In this document: piece by piece, positions 19,278 through 29,057 of the stretch
Position numbering within the stretch: position 1 is the stretch's first letter
Layout: each line of letters opens with the position of its first letter
The notes under the pieces: generated by a model
Told to the model about the DNA's origin: nothing
What the model saw: only the letters and a program-made list of their open reading frames with translations
Database searches by the model: none
Position numbers and translations under genes: made by a program
NCBI RefSeq assembly: GCF_035492295.1
Contig: NZ_DATJJK010000021.1
Location: 3,825-67,824 of the forward strand
Direction: 5' to 3'
Length of the DNA: 64,000 bases
Source of the DNA: Acidisoma sp.
GTDB lineage: Bacteria; Pseudomonadota; Alphaproteobacteria; Acetobacterales; Acetobacteraceae

Positions 19278-20213
19278 ATGAAGCTCGCGACCATTTTGCA
19301 TCATGGACGGCCAACCGTATCGGTCATCAATGCGGCAGACGGCCTCTATTGGCCGCTGACCGAGGTCATTCCGGGGCTGCCAGACCAGATCGGGCATGAC
19401 ATGGTGGCCGCGATCAGCCATTCCGACCGTCTCTTCGCGGCTCCGTCGCCTGTCTCAGCCGGACACAGGCTGGACCGGGCGAAGCTGCTGGCGCCGATCC
19501 CGGCGCCACCGCATAACATCATGTGTGTCGGCAAGAACTATTATGCCCATGCACACGAATTCACCAAAAGCGGCTTCGATGCAGGGGCCAAGGCCGAAGA
19601 AGCGATCCCGGACTGCCCGATCGTCTTCACCAAGCCGTCGAGTTCGATTGCGGCACAAGGGGACCCGATTCCGCTTTGGGACGGGCTTGATGCCGCCGTT
19701 GATTACGAGGCCGAACTCGCTGTGATCATCGGCCGCGGTGGCCGCGCCATTGCGCGGGAGGCGGCCCTATCCCATGTCTTCGGTTATACGATCATCAATG
19801 ATGTGACCGCGCGGGACTTGCAGCGTCGCCACAAGCAGTGGTTTCTTGGCAAAGGCATCGATGGGTTCGGTCCGATGGGGCCATGGATCGTGACTGCGGA
19901 CGAAATAGACGGCAGCAACCTGCGCATTGCCTGCCGCGTCAATGGCGAGTTGCGGCAGAATTCATCGACCGCTGACCTTATCTTCGACATACCGGCGCTG
20001 ATCGAGGCCATTTCAAAGAGCGTCACTCTTGCCCCGGGTGATATCATCGCGACTGGAACGCCGGAGGGCGTGGGTATCGGCTTCGATCCGCCGCGTTTCT
20101 TGAGAGACGGCGATATCGTTGAAGTCGAAATTGAAGGCATTGGCATACTGAGGAACGCCGTGCAGCGGGCGCCCGCCAAAACATCAGAAGAGGCCACCTT
20201 AGCGGCCCAGTAG
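19278..20213 (+). CDS. Fumarylacetoacetate hydrolase family protein
   Basis: CVGKNY, FTKP, DYEAEL, NDVTARDLQ, GDIIATGTPEGVG. Confidence 0.92.
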   Translation: MKLATILHHGRPTVSVINAADGLYWPLTEVIPGLPDQIGHDMVAAISHSDRLFAAPSPVSAGHRLDRAKLLAPIPAPPHNIMCVGKNYYAHAHEFTKSGFDAGAKAEEAIPDCPIVFTKPSSSIAAQGDPIPLWDGLDAAVDYEAELAVIIGRGGRAIAREAALSHVFGYTIINDVTARDLQRRHKQWFLGKGIDGFGPMGPWIVTADEIDGSNLRIACRVNGELRQNSSTADLIFDIPALIEAISKSVTLAPGDIIATGTPEGVGIGFDPPRFLRDGDIVEVEIEGIGILRNAVQRAPAKTSEEATLAAQ

Positions 20214-20224
20214 GAAAGAGCGTC

Positions 20225-21016
20225 ATGGAATACAATAATGACCGATTTGTTGAAGAATTCGGCGCACAGGGAGAGCTTCTTGTCTTCGTTCACGGCTTGG
20301 GCGGCAGCACGAATACTTGGTTTCCACAGAGCCAGATTCTGAAGCGGGACCTCAGGCCCGTGGCCTACGATCTGCCGGGATCGGGACGCACGCCCGTGCG
20401 CGAGAATGTCACGATCGACAGCCTTGTCGCCGATTTGAATGAGGTCGTGGAGCATGCCGGTGGCACGGCACGCGTACATCTGGCAGGGCATTCGCTCGGC
20501 ACCATCATCTGCCAACATTATGCGGCCCGCTACCCGGATCGGGTGGCGAGCCTAGCGCTGATCGGCGCCTTCCCGGAACCCCCCGAGGCCGCTCGGAAGG
20601 CGTTGCGCGACCGTGCCGCAAAGGTGCGGGCGGAGGGGATGGCGGCCATCGCCGATGCCATCGTGACGGCCGGCACCTCGGACGACACCAAGGCCAACAA
20701 TCCGGCCGCGGCATCCTTCGTGCGGGAGAGCATCATGGCGCAGCCGGCGGAAGGCTATGCCCGCGCCTGCGAAGCGCTGGCGGCACTCTCCCGTGCGGAT
20801 CTCTCCGCTGTGCGGTGCCCCACGCTGGTGCTGAATGGTGATCAGGATCGCACGTCCCCGCCCGATACCGGCTCGGCACTCGCCGGGGCGATCGAGGGCG
20901 CCGAGTTCCGCAAGCTGGATGGTTGCGGTCACTGGGCAACGATCGAGCGCGCCAAGCAGGTAAATTACGCGATGACGCTGTTTTATGCGCGGCAGCGCTC
21001 ATCCAAGGCGGCCTAG
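20225..21016 (+). CDS. Alpha/beta hydrolase (enol-lactone hydrolase-like)
   Basis: HGLGG, DLPGSG, GHSLG nucleophile elbow, C-terminal GH. Confidence 0.85.
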   Translation: MEYNNDRFVEEFGAQGELLVFVHGLGGSTNTWFPQSQILKRDLRPVAYDLPGSGRTPVRENVTIDSLVADLNEVVEHAGGTARVHLAGHSLGTIICQHYAARYPDRVASLALIGAFPEPPEAARKALRDRAAKVRAEGMAAIADAIVTAGTSDDTKANNPAAASFVRESIMAQPAEGYARACEALAALSRADLSAVRCPTLVLNGDQDRTSPPDTGSALAGAIEGAEFRKLDGCGHWATIERAKQVNYAMTLFYARQRSSKAA

Positions 21017-21022
21017 GCGGTT

Positions 21023-21397
21023 GTGGCCCGCATTTTCATTTGCACGACCTGCAATCGCTATGCGCAGGCCCCGCCGGGCGAGATGTCGCCCGGCCTGAGG
21101 CTGGCGCAGGCGATGAAGCGTGAAGCCGCGGCTGCAGGCAATTCCCTGGCCGTGCGCATGGTGGAATGTCTCAATACCTGCCCGCAGCCTTGCGCCGCCG
21201 CGCTGCGGGAGCCGGGCAAGGCGGTGATCCGCTTTGGCCGGCTGGAGCCCGAGGATGCGCCGGCACTTCTCGCCGTGGCCGAAGCCTATGCGCAAACCCG
21301 GAATGGCGATCTGGCTGACAGTGCAATGCCAGCTCGACTGCGCGCGAAGGTCACTGGCTGCATCACGCTCGGAGTGCATGAGTTGGCGGAAGGCTGA
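21023..21397 (+). CDS. DUF1636-like Cys-rich putative metal-binding protein
   Basis: IFICTTC...VECLNTCPQPC...PGK pattern; GTG start. Confidence 0.72.
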   Translation: MARIFICTTCNRYAQAPPGEMSPGLRLAQAMKREAAAAGNSLAVRMVECLNTCPQPCAAALREPGKAVIRFGRLEPEDAPALLAVAEAYAQTRNGDLADSAMPARLRAKVTGCITLGVHELAEG

Positions 21398-21438
21398 CCG
21401 AAGAAAAAGAAGTCCGCCCAAAAGAAGGGGAAAAGACA

Positions 21439-22728
21439 ATGGCGAAAACGCTGTTCAAGAATGTGATGATTTTCGAAGGAACCGGCAAGACGCTGATTCC
21501 GGGCGAGGTCTTGGTGCAGGGCAACCGCATCCAGGCGGTGGCGGCCCCGGGCGAATCACTGCCGCATGACGGGGCGCAGGTCATCGATGCCGGGGGCGCT
21601 ACCTTGATGCCGGGGATGGTCAATACTCATTGCCACTTGACCTATAACAACGGAACCTCCGTAGCCGCGTTGACCGCCATGCCGGTTGAAGAGCATGTGC
21701 TGATGACCATGCATAATGCGAAGCTCGCGCTGGATATGGGCTTCACTTCGGTCATCGGCGCCGCTTCCGCCAAGCCGCGCCTCGATATTGTTATCCGCAA
21801 CGAGATCAATGCCGGGAAAATTCCCGGGCCGCGCATGCTGGCGGGCTCGCCGGAATTGACCGTTACCGGCGGTCTCGCGGATGACAACCAGCTTGACGCG
21901 AAGCATCCGTCGATTTCCATCATCTGCGACGGCGCGGAGGAGTTTCGCAAGTGCGTGCGCATGTTGATCCGTGAGGGCATCGATCTCATCAAGTTCAACA
22001 ATTCTGGCGATAGCTTCTGCTATCCGCGCATGGCGGCCTATGACAACCCGATGACCGACGCCGAGGTTGCGGCGATCTGCGATACTGCGAATAATATCGG
22101 CAAGCGGATCGCCGCCCACGCACATGCGGATAGTTCCGTGCGGCAGTGCATGAAATACAATGTCGAGTTCATCTTCCACGCGACTTTCGCGACCGATGAA
22201 ACGATCGGAATGTTGGAGAAGGTTAAGCACAAGCACTATATCTCGCCGGCGATCGCGGCCCGCTACAATACGACCTACGAGGCGAAGGACTGGGGCATCA
22301 CCACCGATGTCGCCGAGATGATCGGCAACAAGCGTGAGCTCGAGGAAGGCATCGTCGTGATGAAAAAGATGCATGCCGCAGGGATCAAAGTGCTGCCCTT
22401 CGGCGATTACGGCTTCGCCTGGCTGCCGCATGGTACCGAGGCGCGCGATTTGGAGCACTTCGTCAACCTGTTTGATTTCGAGCCCTGGGAGGCGCTGCGT
22501 GCCGCGACTGCCTATGGAGGTGAGGCCTGGGCCGGCCAGTCGGGGGAGAAGATGGGTCGCATCGCACCCGGCTATCTCGCGGACATCCTGCTAGTTGATG
22601 GCAACCCGTTGCTCGATCTCAGCCTGCTACAGGATCGGCATTCCTTGCTCGCCATCATGAAGGACGGCCAGTTCTACAAACCGTTCCAGGGACGCGTGGC
22701 GCTCGATCGTCAGATGGCGGCAGACTGA
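21439..22728 (+). CDS. Metal-dependent amidohydrolase family protein
   Basis: PGMVNTHCH, AAHAH, FHAT, GDYGF, GYLADILLVDGNPL. Confidence 0.88.
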   Translation: MAKTLFKNVMIFEGTGKTLIPGEVLVQGNRIQAVAAPGESLPHDGAQVIDAGGATLMPGMVNTHCHLTYNNGTSVAALTAMPVEEHVLMTMHNAKLALDMGFTSVIGAASAKPRLDIVIRNEINAGKIPGPRMLAGSPELTVTGGLADDNQLDAKHPSISIICDGAEEFRKCVRMLIREGIDLIKFNNSGDSFCYPRMAAYDNPMTDAEVAAICDTANNIGKRIAAHAHADSSVRQCMKYNVEFIFHATFATDETIGMLEKVKHKHYISPAIAARYNTTYEAKDWGITTDVAEMIGNKRELEEGIVVMKKMHAAGIKVLPFGDYGFAWLPHGTEARDLEHFVNLFDFEPWEALRAATAYGGEAWAGQSGEKMGRIAPGYLADILLVDGNPLLDLSLLQDRHSLLAIMKDGQFYKPFQGRVALDRQMAAD

Positions 22729-22792
22729 CGGCGCTTCCAGCGACGGTATAGAAAAAGAAAAAGCACCAATAGCGGGAGGATAGAAAACGCGT

Positions 22793-23833
22793 ATGGATCG
22801 GAGACAATTTCTGGCCGGGGTGGCGGTGGCGGGTGCCGGCGCTGCCGGGCTCGGTTCCGCACGCTCAGCGCAAGCTGCAGGCGATGTGGTAATCGGCCTG
22901 TCGAACGGCTATTTCGGTACCGAGTGGCGCAACCAGATGGTGGCGGGTGCTCAGGCCCAGTTCGATATGTACAAGGCTCAGGGGAAAGCCTCCAAGCTGA
23001 TCGTCCAGCAGGCCGGTGCGGACATCAATCAGCAGATCCAGGACATCCGCAACATGATCCTGCAAGGGGTCTCCGTCATCACGATGGATCCCAATTCCGG
23101 AACCGCTCTCGATGGGGTCATCAACGAAGCGAAGCGAGCCGGAATCCCTGTCATCGCCTTCGATCAGGCGGTCAAGAATCACTATGCGCTCAGCGTGACC
23201 ATTGACCACTACGTCTGGGCGACGCGCTATGCAGATTGGATCGCCAAGACGCTCAACGGCAAGGGCAAGGTTGTCATCATGGACGGCCTGCCCGGTAACC
23301 CGGCGGCGGAGACGCGGCGCAAAGCGGCCTTCGATACCTTCCGAAAATATCCGGGCATCGACATCGTCTGGTCAGGCTACGGCTCCTGGGATCAGGCGAA
23401 GGCGCAGGCCGTGATGGCAACCGTCATCGCGGCTCAACCTCAAATCGATGGCGCCTTTGTCGAGGACTCCATGGGGCTCGGCGTTCTGCGCGCGTTTCAG
23501 AATGCCCGCCGGCCGATCCCGGTCATGACCGGCGAGGCGCAAAAGGCCTTCCTGCTCGCCTGGAAGAAGGAGCTGGACAGCGGCACAAAGATGCAGGCTT
23601 TCGCCCAGCCAAACCCGCCTGACATCAGCCGCAATGCCATCGGCATCGCCGTTCGGCTCGCGGCGGGCCGCAAGCTCAAGCCGCAGCCGGACAACACGAT
23701 CTATTATCCGATCCATCTGGAAGTCACGGGTGCCAATCTCGACCAGACCCTGGCGGGCATGAAGGACAAACCAGACAGCTACTTTCTGGCAGAGTGGTTC
23801 TCGGAATCGCAGCTTGATGCTCTTTTCACCTGA
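22793..23833 (+). CDS. Sugar ABC transporter substrate-binding protein (RbsB-like), Tat signal
   Basis: MDRRQFL leader, AQA cleavage site, GIPVIAFD. Confidence 0.87.
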   Translation: MDRRQFLAGVAVAGAGAAGLGSARSAQAAGDVVIGLSNGYFGTEWRNQMVAGAQAQFDMYKAQGKASKLIVQQAGADINQQIQDIRNMILQGVSVITMDPNSGTALDGVINEAKRAGIPVIAFDQAVKNHYALSVTIDHYVWATRYADWIAKTLNGKGKVVIMDGLPGNPAAETRRKAAFDTFRKYPGIDIVWSGYGSWDQAKAQAVMATVIAAQPQIDGAFVEDSMGLGVLRAFQNARRPIPVMTGEAQKAFLLAWKKELDSGTKMQAFAQPNPPDISRNAIGIAVRLAAGRKLKPQPDNTIYYPIHLEVTGANLDQTLAGMKDKPDSYFLAEWFSESQLDALFT

Positions 23834-23840
23834 TAGCCTG

Positions 23841-25376
23841 GTGGCGGAACCAGCCGAGGATTTCGCCGCCCTCCACCCGATGGAGACGCTGCTTGCGGTA
23901 AGTGGGATCACCAAGCGCTTCGGCGGCGTCGTGGCGCTGGATGGTGTTGATCTTGCGCTCACGCGCGGCCGGGTGCTGGGACTGCTCGGGGCCAATGGCT
24001 CTGGCAAGAGCACGCTGTCGCGCATCATCGCAGGGGAGGTTGCCCCCGATGGTGGCACGCTGGAGTTGGAGGGGGCGGTACTGCGCCACGCCTCGCCGCA
24101 GGCGGCGGCGAGGCGTGGCATCGTCATCGCCCATCAGCACCCGAGCCTGGCGCCGGACATGCCCGTCTGGGAGAACATCTTTCTCGGAAGCGAAATCTGC
24201 AGCAGCAGTGGATTCATCAATCGTGCCGAGGGACGGCGGAAGGCTGCGGCTCTGCTGGACGATCTTGGCAGCCGGATGGACATTGACAGTCCCGCGGGGA
24301 CGCTGCCGGCCGCCGGACAGCAACTGGTGGAGATTGCTCGCGCCCTGGCCCGTGCACCGCGACTGCTGATCCTTGACGAGCCAACTGCGGCGCTCGCCGC
24401 TGCCGAGGTCGCGCGGCTCTTCGCGGCCATCCAGCGGTTGACGGCCCAAGGAATTGGGGTGATCTTCATCTCCCACCGCCTTGGCGAAATCGAGGAGATC
24501 TGCGACGATATCGTCGTGATGCAGAATGGTCGCACGGCCGGCGCCTGGACGACCTCCGGCCGATTGGATGAGGCGCGCATCCTCTCGCTGATGACCGGTG
24601 ACCCCGATGCCGTGCTGCGCCCGATTGCACGGCGGATCGTGGGCGAACCTGTGCTCAAGCTGCAGAATCTTCGCGCGGGCATTGCGGTGCGCGGGGTCGA
24701 TTTGGAATTGCGCCGGAGCGAGATCGTGGGGCTTGCCGGGCTGCAGGGCCAGGGTCAGGCGGAACTGCTGGAGGTGATTGCTGGGCACAGGCGCATCGAT
24801 GGCGGCACGCTCTGGCACCGCGACCGCGCCGTCTCTCCCGCGTTGCCGCGCGATATGATCCGCCGTGGCGTCTGTCTGGTGCCGGACGATCGCCTCCGAC
24901 AGGGATTGTTCAGCGACGAGAGCGTTGGTGAGAATCTGGGTTTCGTGAAAGTCGCGCTGGCAAAACGTCCTTGGACATTGCCGCTCACAGAACTGACCCG
25001 ACTGGCATCCGATGCAATCCGCCGGCTGCTGATCAAAACCGAGGGGCCGGACCAACTCGTCTCGGCGCTCAGCGGCGGCAATCAACAGAAGGTGGTGATC
25101 GGCAAATGGCTCGCGACCGATATCGAGGTGCTCCTCCTGAGTGACCCGACCAAAGGCGTCGATATCCACGCCCGATCGGAAATCTATTCCATCATCGGGG
25201 AATTGGCGGCCGGCGGCACGACCGCCCTGATCTTCGCTTCTGAAATCCAGGAACTGCTGCTGCATTGTGACCGCATCCTGGTGATGTATGAAGGCCGCAT
25301 CGTCGAGGAATTGACGGGTGAGGCGATGACGGAGCCGCGCATCATGGCCGCCGCCTTCGGCAGGACCAAAAGATGA
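23841..25376 (+). CDS. Sugar ABC transporter ATP-binding protein (RbsA-like, two NBDs)
   Basis: GANGSGKS, LILDEPT, LSGGNQQK; start uncertain (GTG 23841 or ATG 23880). Confidence 0.88.
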   Translation: MAEPAEDFAALHPMETLLAVSGITKRFGGVVALDGVDLALTRGRVLGLLGANGSGKSTLSRIIAGEVAPDGGTLELEGAVLRHASPQAAARRGIVIAHQHPSLAPDMPVWENIFLGSEICSSSGFINRAEGRRKAAALLDDLGSRMDIDSPAGTLPAAGQQLVEIARALARAPRLLILDEPTAALAAAEVARLFAAIQRLTAQGIGVIFISHRLGEIEEICDDIVVMQNGRTAGAWTTSGRLDEARILSLMTGDPDAVLRPIARRIVGEPVLKLQNLRAGIAVRGVDLELRRSEIVGLAGLQGQGQAELLEVIAGHRRIDGGTLWHRDRAVSPALPRDMIRRGVCLVPDDRLRQGLFSDESVGENLGFVKVALAKRPWTLPLTELTRLASDAIRRLLIKTEGPDQLVSALSGGNQQKVVIGKWLATDIEVLLLSDPTKGVDIHARSEIYSIIGELAAGGTTALIFASEIQELLLHCDRILVMYEGRIVEELTGEAMTEPRIMAAAFGRTKR

Positions 25377-26323
25377 ACCGGAGCATGAGGGCGTTGCGAC
25401 ATGCCGGCGTCATCCCGAGCCTGTTGATGCTGCTCGTGGTTCTTGCACTCAACGCACGGCTGCAACCGCATTTTTTTGGCCTGCCGTCGCTCGAGGCCAA
25501 TATCGCAACCTTCACGCCGACCATCATGATCTGTCTGGCGCAGGCTGTGATTGTGCTGAGCCGAGAGCTCGATCTGTCATTGGGCGCCGGGGTGTCGCTC
25601 ATCAACTGCTTCATGGCAGTCGTCCCGGCCTATGCCGTCGGCGGCCCCTGGGCGCTCATGGGGCTTGCCCTGCTGATGGCGCTCGGGCTCGGCGCGATCA
25701 ACGGGCTGATCATCACGGTGCTGAAACTCCCCTCGCTCATTGCGACCTTCGCGACCGGGGCGGTGTGGTACGGCCTCGCACTGACCTTCATGCCGCAGCC
25801 CGGTGGCGAAATTGACGAGACGATCGGCAATGTCTACGGGGATACTGTTTTGGGTGTTCCCGTTCCCCTGCTAATTGTCTTTGCGGCGCTGTTGCTCTGG
25901 ACCGTGTTGAGCCGGCATCGACTTGGCCGACGGATCGTCGCGGTCGGCAGCAATCCCGTGGCCGCCTACCAGGCCGGCATTCCGGTGCCGGCGGTGAAGT
26001 TCACCGCCTATCTCGTGGCGTGGCTGCTCGTCGGGCTCGGGGCCCTGTCGATTTCGGCGCAGACGCTCTCCGGCGATGCCGGTGTCGGCACCGCCTATAC
26101 GCTGACCTCGGTTGCCGCCGTCGTCATCGGTGGCATTTCGCTCGGTGGCGGGCGCGGCACACCCTGGGGGGCGCTCATCGGTGCCCTGGTGCTGGGGATC
26201 GTCACCAATGTCATCTATTTCGCAGGAATCCCGAGCATCTGGCAGGAGTTTTTCAAGGGGCTCGTCGTTGTGGCGGCACTCGGCTTCATGGTGCTCGAAC
26301 AAAGACGGACGGCAATCGTATGA
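25373..26323 (+). CDS. Sugar ABC transporter permease (RbsC-like)
   Basis: DLSLG, AVGSNP, AAVVIGGISLGGGRG. Confidence 0.88.
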   Translation: MNRSMRALRHAGVIPSLLMLLVVLALNARLQPHFFGLPSLEANIATFTPTIMICLAQAVIVLSRELDLSLGAGVSLINCFMAVVPAYAVGGPWALMGLALLMALGLGAINGLIITVLKLPSLIATFATGAVWYGLALTFMPQPGGEIDETIGNVYGDTVLGVPVPLLIVFAALLLWTVLSRHRLGRRIVAVGSNPVAAYQAGIPVPAVKFTAYLVAWLLVGLGALSISAQTLSGDAGVGTAYTLTSVAAVVIGGISLGGGRGTPWGALIGALVLGIVTNVIYFAGIPSIWQEFFKGLVVVAALGFMVLEQRRTAIV

Positions 26324-27264
26324 TGCGCATGGGGTTCGGCCGGCCGGTTTTGCTGCTGGCACTGACCGTTATACTGCTGATCGTCGGGCAATGGGTGTTG
26401 CCGGGTTTCGGGGGCTTGGGGCAGATCGCCAACCAGCTCAAGATCGCTGCCTTCCTCGGTCTCTTCGGGCTTTGCCAGACGGTGGTCATCGCCGCGGGCG
26501 GGCAGGGGCTCGACCTCTCGGTGGGGGCGGTCGCAACGCTCGGCGGTATCCTGGGCGCGGCCTTGATGGCGGGCAGCAATGGGATGACGCCGGTGGGCGG
26601 CCTGGCCGCCATCGTCGCTGGTTCAGGCGTCGGCTTCCTCAATGGAATCGGCGTCGCGGTTTTGGGCGTGCCGCCGCTGGTAACGACCCTGGCGCTGTCA
26701 TCCGTCGTCAATGGCGGCCTGATCGTCGGCGTGTCGCTCGTGCATCCTCAGAATTCGGCGAGCCCGGGGTTGGTGGCTTTGGCCGGCCGCAGCCTCGGCG
26801 GTATGCCGAGCGTGGCACTCCTCTGGGTAGGGATCGCGATCGTCGCAATCTGGCTCTTGTCGCGCTCTGCCTGGGGGCGGCAGCTCTGCCGCACGGGTGC
26901 CAATCCCGTGACGGCGCGGCTGAGCGGCGCAAACACGGTGCGCGTGCGCGTCATCGCCTATATGCTCAGTGGCGGCGTTGCGGCCTTCGGTGGCTTCCTC
27001 CTCACGGGCTATGTCGGCCAGGCCTTCCTGGGCCTGGGCAATGCCTATGTCCTGACCAGCGTTGTCGTGGCAGCGATCGGCGGGGTTGCCTTGGCTGGCG
27101 GCAAGGCACCCTATGCGGGCGTCGCCTGCGCCGCAATCCTGATGACGGTTCTCGTCAGTCTTCTTACCGCCATCAATATGGGCGAGAATGGCCGACAGAT
27201 CATCTTCGGCGCGACACTGCTGGTCTTTCTGATGATCGATCGCCGGCTGGCGAAAGCGAGCTGA
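26320..27264 (+). CDS. Sugar ABC transporter permease (RbsC-like), second subunit
   Basis: ATGA overlap, DLSVG, GANP, AAIGGVALAGG. Confidence 0.86.
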   Translation: MMRMGFGRPVLLLALTVILLIVGQWVLPGFGGLGQIANQLKIAAFLGLFGLCQTVVIAAGGQGLDLSVGAVATLGGILGAALMAGSNGMTPVGGLAAIVAGSGVGFLNGIGVAVLGVPPLVTTLALSSVVNGGLIVGVSLVHPQNSASPGLVALAGRSLGGMPSVALLWVGIAIVAIWLLSRSAWGRQLCRTGANPVTARLSGANTVRVRVIAYMLSGGVAAFGGFLLTGYVGQAFLGLGNAYVLTSVVVAAIGGVALAGGKAPYAGVACAAILMTVLVSLLTAINMGENGRQIIFGATLLVFLMIDRRLAKAS

Positions 27265-27360
27265 CCTTGCGCGTCGCAAGTCATGATGGACGGCTGACAG
27301 AACAGCCGGGTTAATCTGTAGCGATCTCGGCAGGCTTGCGCCCTGCGGCAAGGCAGTGGA

Positions 27361-28161
27361 CTACCCTTTGACGGCGCCGCCCAGCAAAAAGCCACCTGAA
27401 AAGAATCGCGCCACGATCAGGTACAGAAGGATGACCGGCAGCGAATAGACGATCGAGAAAGCCGCAATATCGCCGTAGCGGACATTGGCGGCTGCGATGA
27501 GCCCGTAGATGGTGAGTGGCCCCGTTTGTTGGGACGGATCGCTGATCAGCACCAAGGGTACGATAAAGGATCCCCAGGCGTTGATGAAGCTGAAGATCGC
27601 GGCGGAAGCGATTCCGGGCAGTGAAACCGGCACTACGACATGGAGGATGGTCTGCAAAAGGCTCGCCCGCTCCATGAGTGCTGCTTCCTCCATTTCCCGC
27701 GGCACGCCGTCCATTGCGGTCTTGATGAGCCAAAGAGCGAATGGCAGGCTGTTCGCGCCAAGGAAGATGCCGGTGGGCACAAGGCTCAGCCAATCCATCG
27801 CCGCGAAAATCTGAAACACCGGGATGATCATGATGCCGACCGGAATGCCGGTCAGAAACAGCACCGTGACCATCAGGCCGTCCCGCAATGGGATCTGGCG
27901 GCGCGACAAGGCATAGGCGCCGAAGACACCCGGCACGACGGCGACAACCGTCGCGACAAGGGCGAGCAGCATCGTATTCCAGAGAGACAGGAGATAGTCC
28001 GCCCGCGTCACATTGGCGAAATGCACAAAGGTGACTTGCGGCCAGTCCAGTGACCAGCTCGCGTGCTGGTCGACCGACGCTGCTACGAGCCACAGCATGG
28101 GTGCCAGCAACAGAAGGGTCAGAATGCCGAGAACCGCGGTCGCGAGAGGGTTCGGACGCAT
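27361..28161 (-). CDS. Carbohydrate ABC transporter permease (MalG-like)
   Basis: EEAALME EAA loop, FINAWG; start MRPNP. Confidence 0.87.
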   Translation of the reverse strand: MRPNPLATAVLGILTLLLLAPMLWLVAASVDQHASWSLDWPQVTFVHFANVTRADYLLSLWNTMLLALVATVVAVVPGVFGAYALSRRQIPLRDGLMVTVLFLTGIPVGIMIIPVFQIFAAMDWLSLVPTGIFLGANSLPFALWLIKTAMDGVPREMEEAALMERASLLQTILHVVVPVSLPGIASAAIFSFINAWGSFIVPLVLISDPSQQTGPLTIYGLIAAANVRYGDIAAFSIVYSLPVILLYLIVARFFSGGFLLGGAVKG

Positions 28162-28168
28162 GAAAGGG

Positions 28169-29032
28169 TCAATCCTGCCGCAGCGCGCGGACATAGAGAT
28201 AGGCGAAAGCGGTGGCGATCAGCACCAGCACGTCCCCCACCAGCGCGCCATAGCCGAGATTGCTGAAGGTGAATCCTTGTTGGTAGGCGTAGATCGGCAG
28301 GATGTTCGTCGCATCATTCGGGCCGCCCGCCGTCATGATGTAGGTGAGCGCGTAATTGGCGAGGATGATGAGGGTGACGAGGAGCAGATTGGTGACCAAC
28401 GTGCGCCGCATCAGCGGCAGCGTCACGAAGACAAAGGTCTGGATCCGGCTCGCATTCTCCATACGGGCTGCTTCCCGCACCTCACTTGAGATCCCGCGCA
28501 GCCCGGCACCCAGGACCATCATCGAGAAGCCAGCGGTCGCCCAGACGTTGGCAAGGATGACAATGAGCATGGGGTGGGAGTCGAGCGGGTCCGTATGACC
28601 GCCGGTGAGCAGGCTGAGAGTTCCCCCCGTGGTGCTGAAAGCGTACCAAACCATGGCCGCCGTCACGGGCGGCAACATCCAGGCAAGGATTGCGACCGCA
28701 CCCGCCAGGCGCTGCCAGAAAATACTTGCGTGCTGCATGAGTAACGCAAGCGCCATGCCAATGACAGTGACCCCCAGGATCGATGAACCAAAGAGAAACA
28801 CCGCCGTCAGCCAGAGCGAATGCCAGAAGGTACGATCCTGCCAGAGGCGCCGCAGATTGGCGCCCCCGGTGAACCAGTAGTGCTGCGCATGGACGCCGAT
28901 GAGCGAGGCATTGGTGAGGCCGAGATAGAAGGCATAGGCGACCGGCAGAAGAAACAGCACGGCAAGCAGGACACCGGCCGGTGCCAGAAGCAGCAGGCCG
29001 ATTCCATCCACACGCTTCCTTGCCTGGCTCAT
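28169..29032 (-). CDS. Carbohydrate ABC transporter permease (MalF-like)
   Basis: EAARME, MTAGGP; start MSQARK. Confidence 0.87.
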   Translation of the reverse strand: MSQARKRVDGIGLLLLAPAGVLLAVLFLLPVAYAFYLGLTNASLIGVHAQHYWFTGGANLRRLWQDRTFWHSLWLTAVFLFGSSILGVTVIGMALALLMQHASIFWQRLAGAVAILAWMLPPVTAAMVWYAFSTTGGTLSLLTGGHTDPLDSHPMLIVILANVWATAGFSMMVLGAGLRGISSEVREAARMENASRIQTFVFVTLPLMRRTLVTNLLLVTLIILANYALTYIMTAGGPNDATNILPIYAYQQGFTFSNLGYGALVGDVLVLIATAFAYLYVRALRQD

Positions 29033-29057
29033 GATGCGCTCTACCCGGCGATCACCA

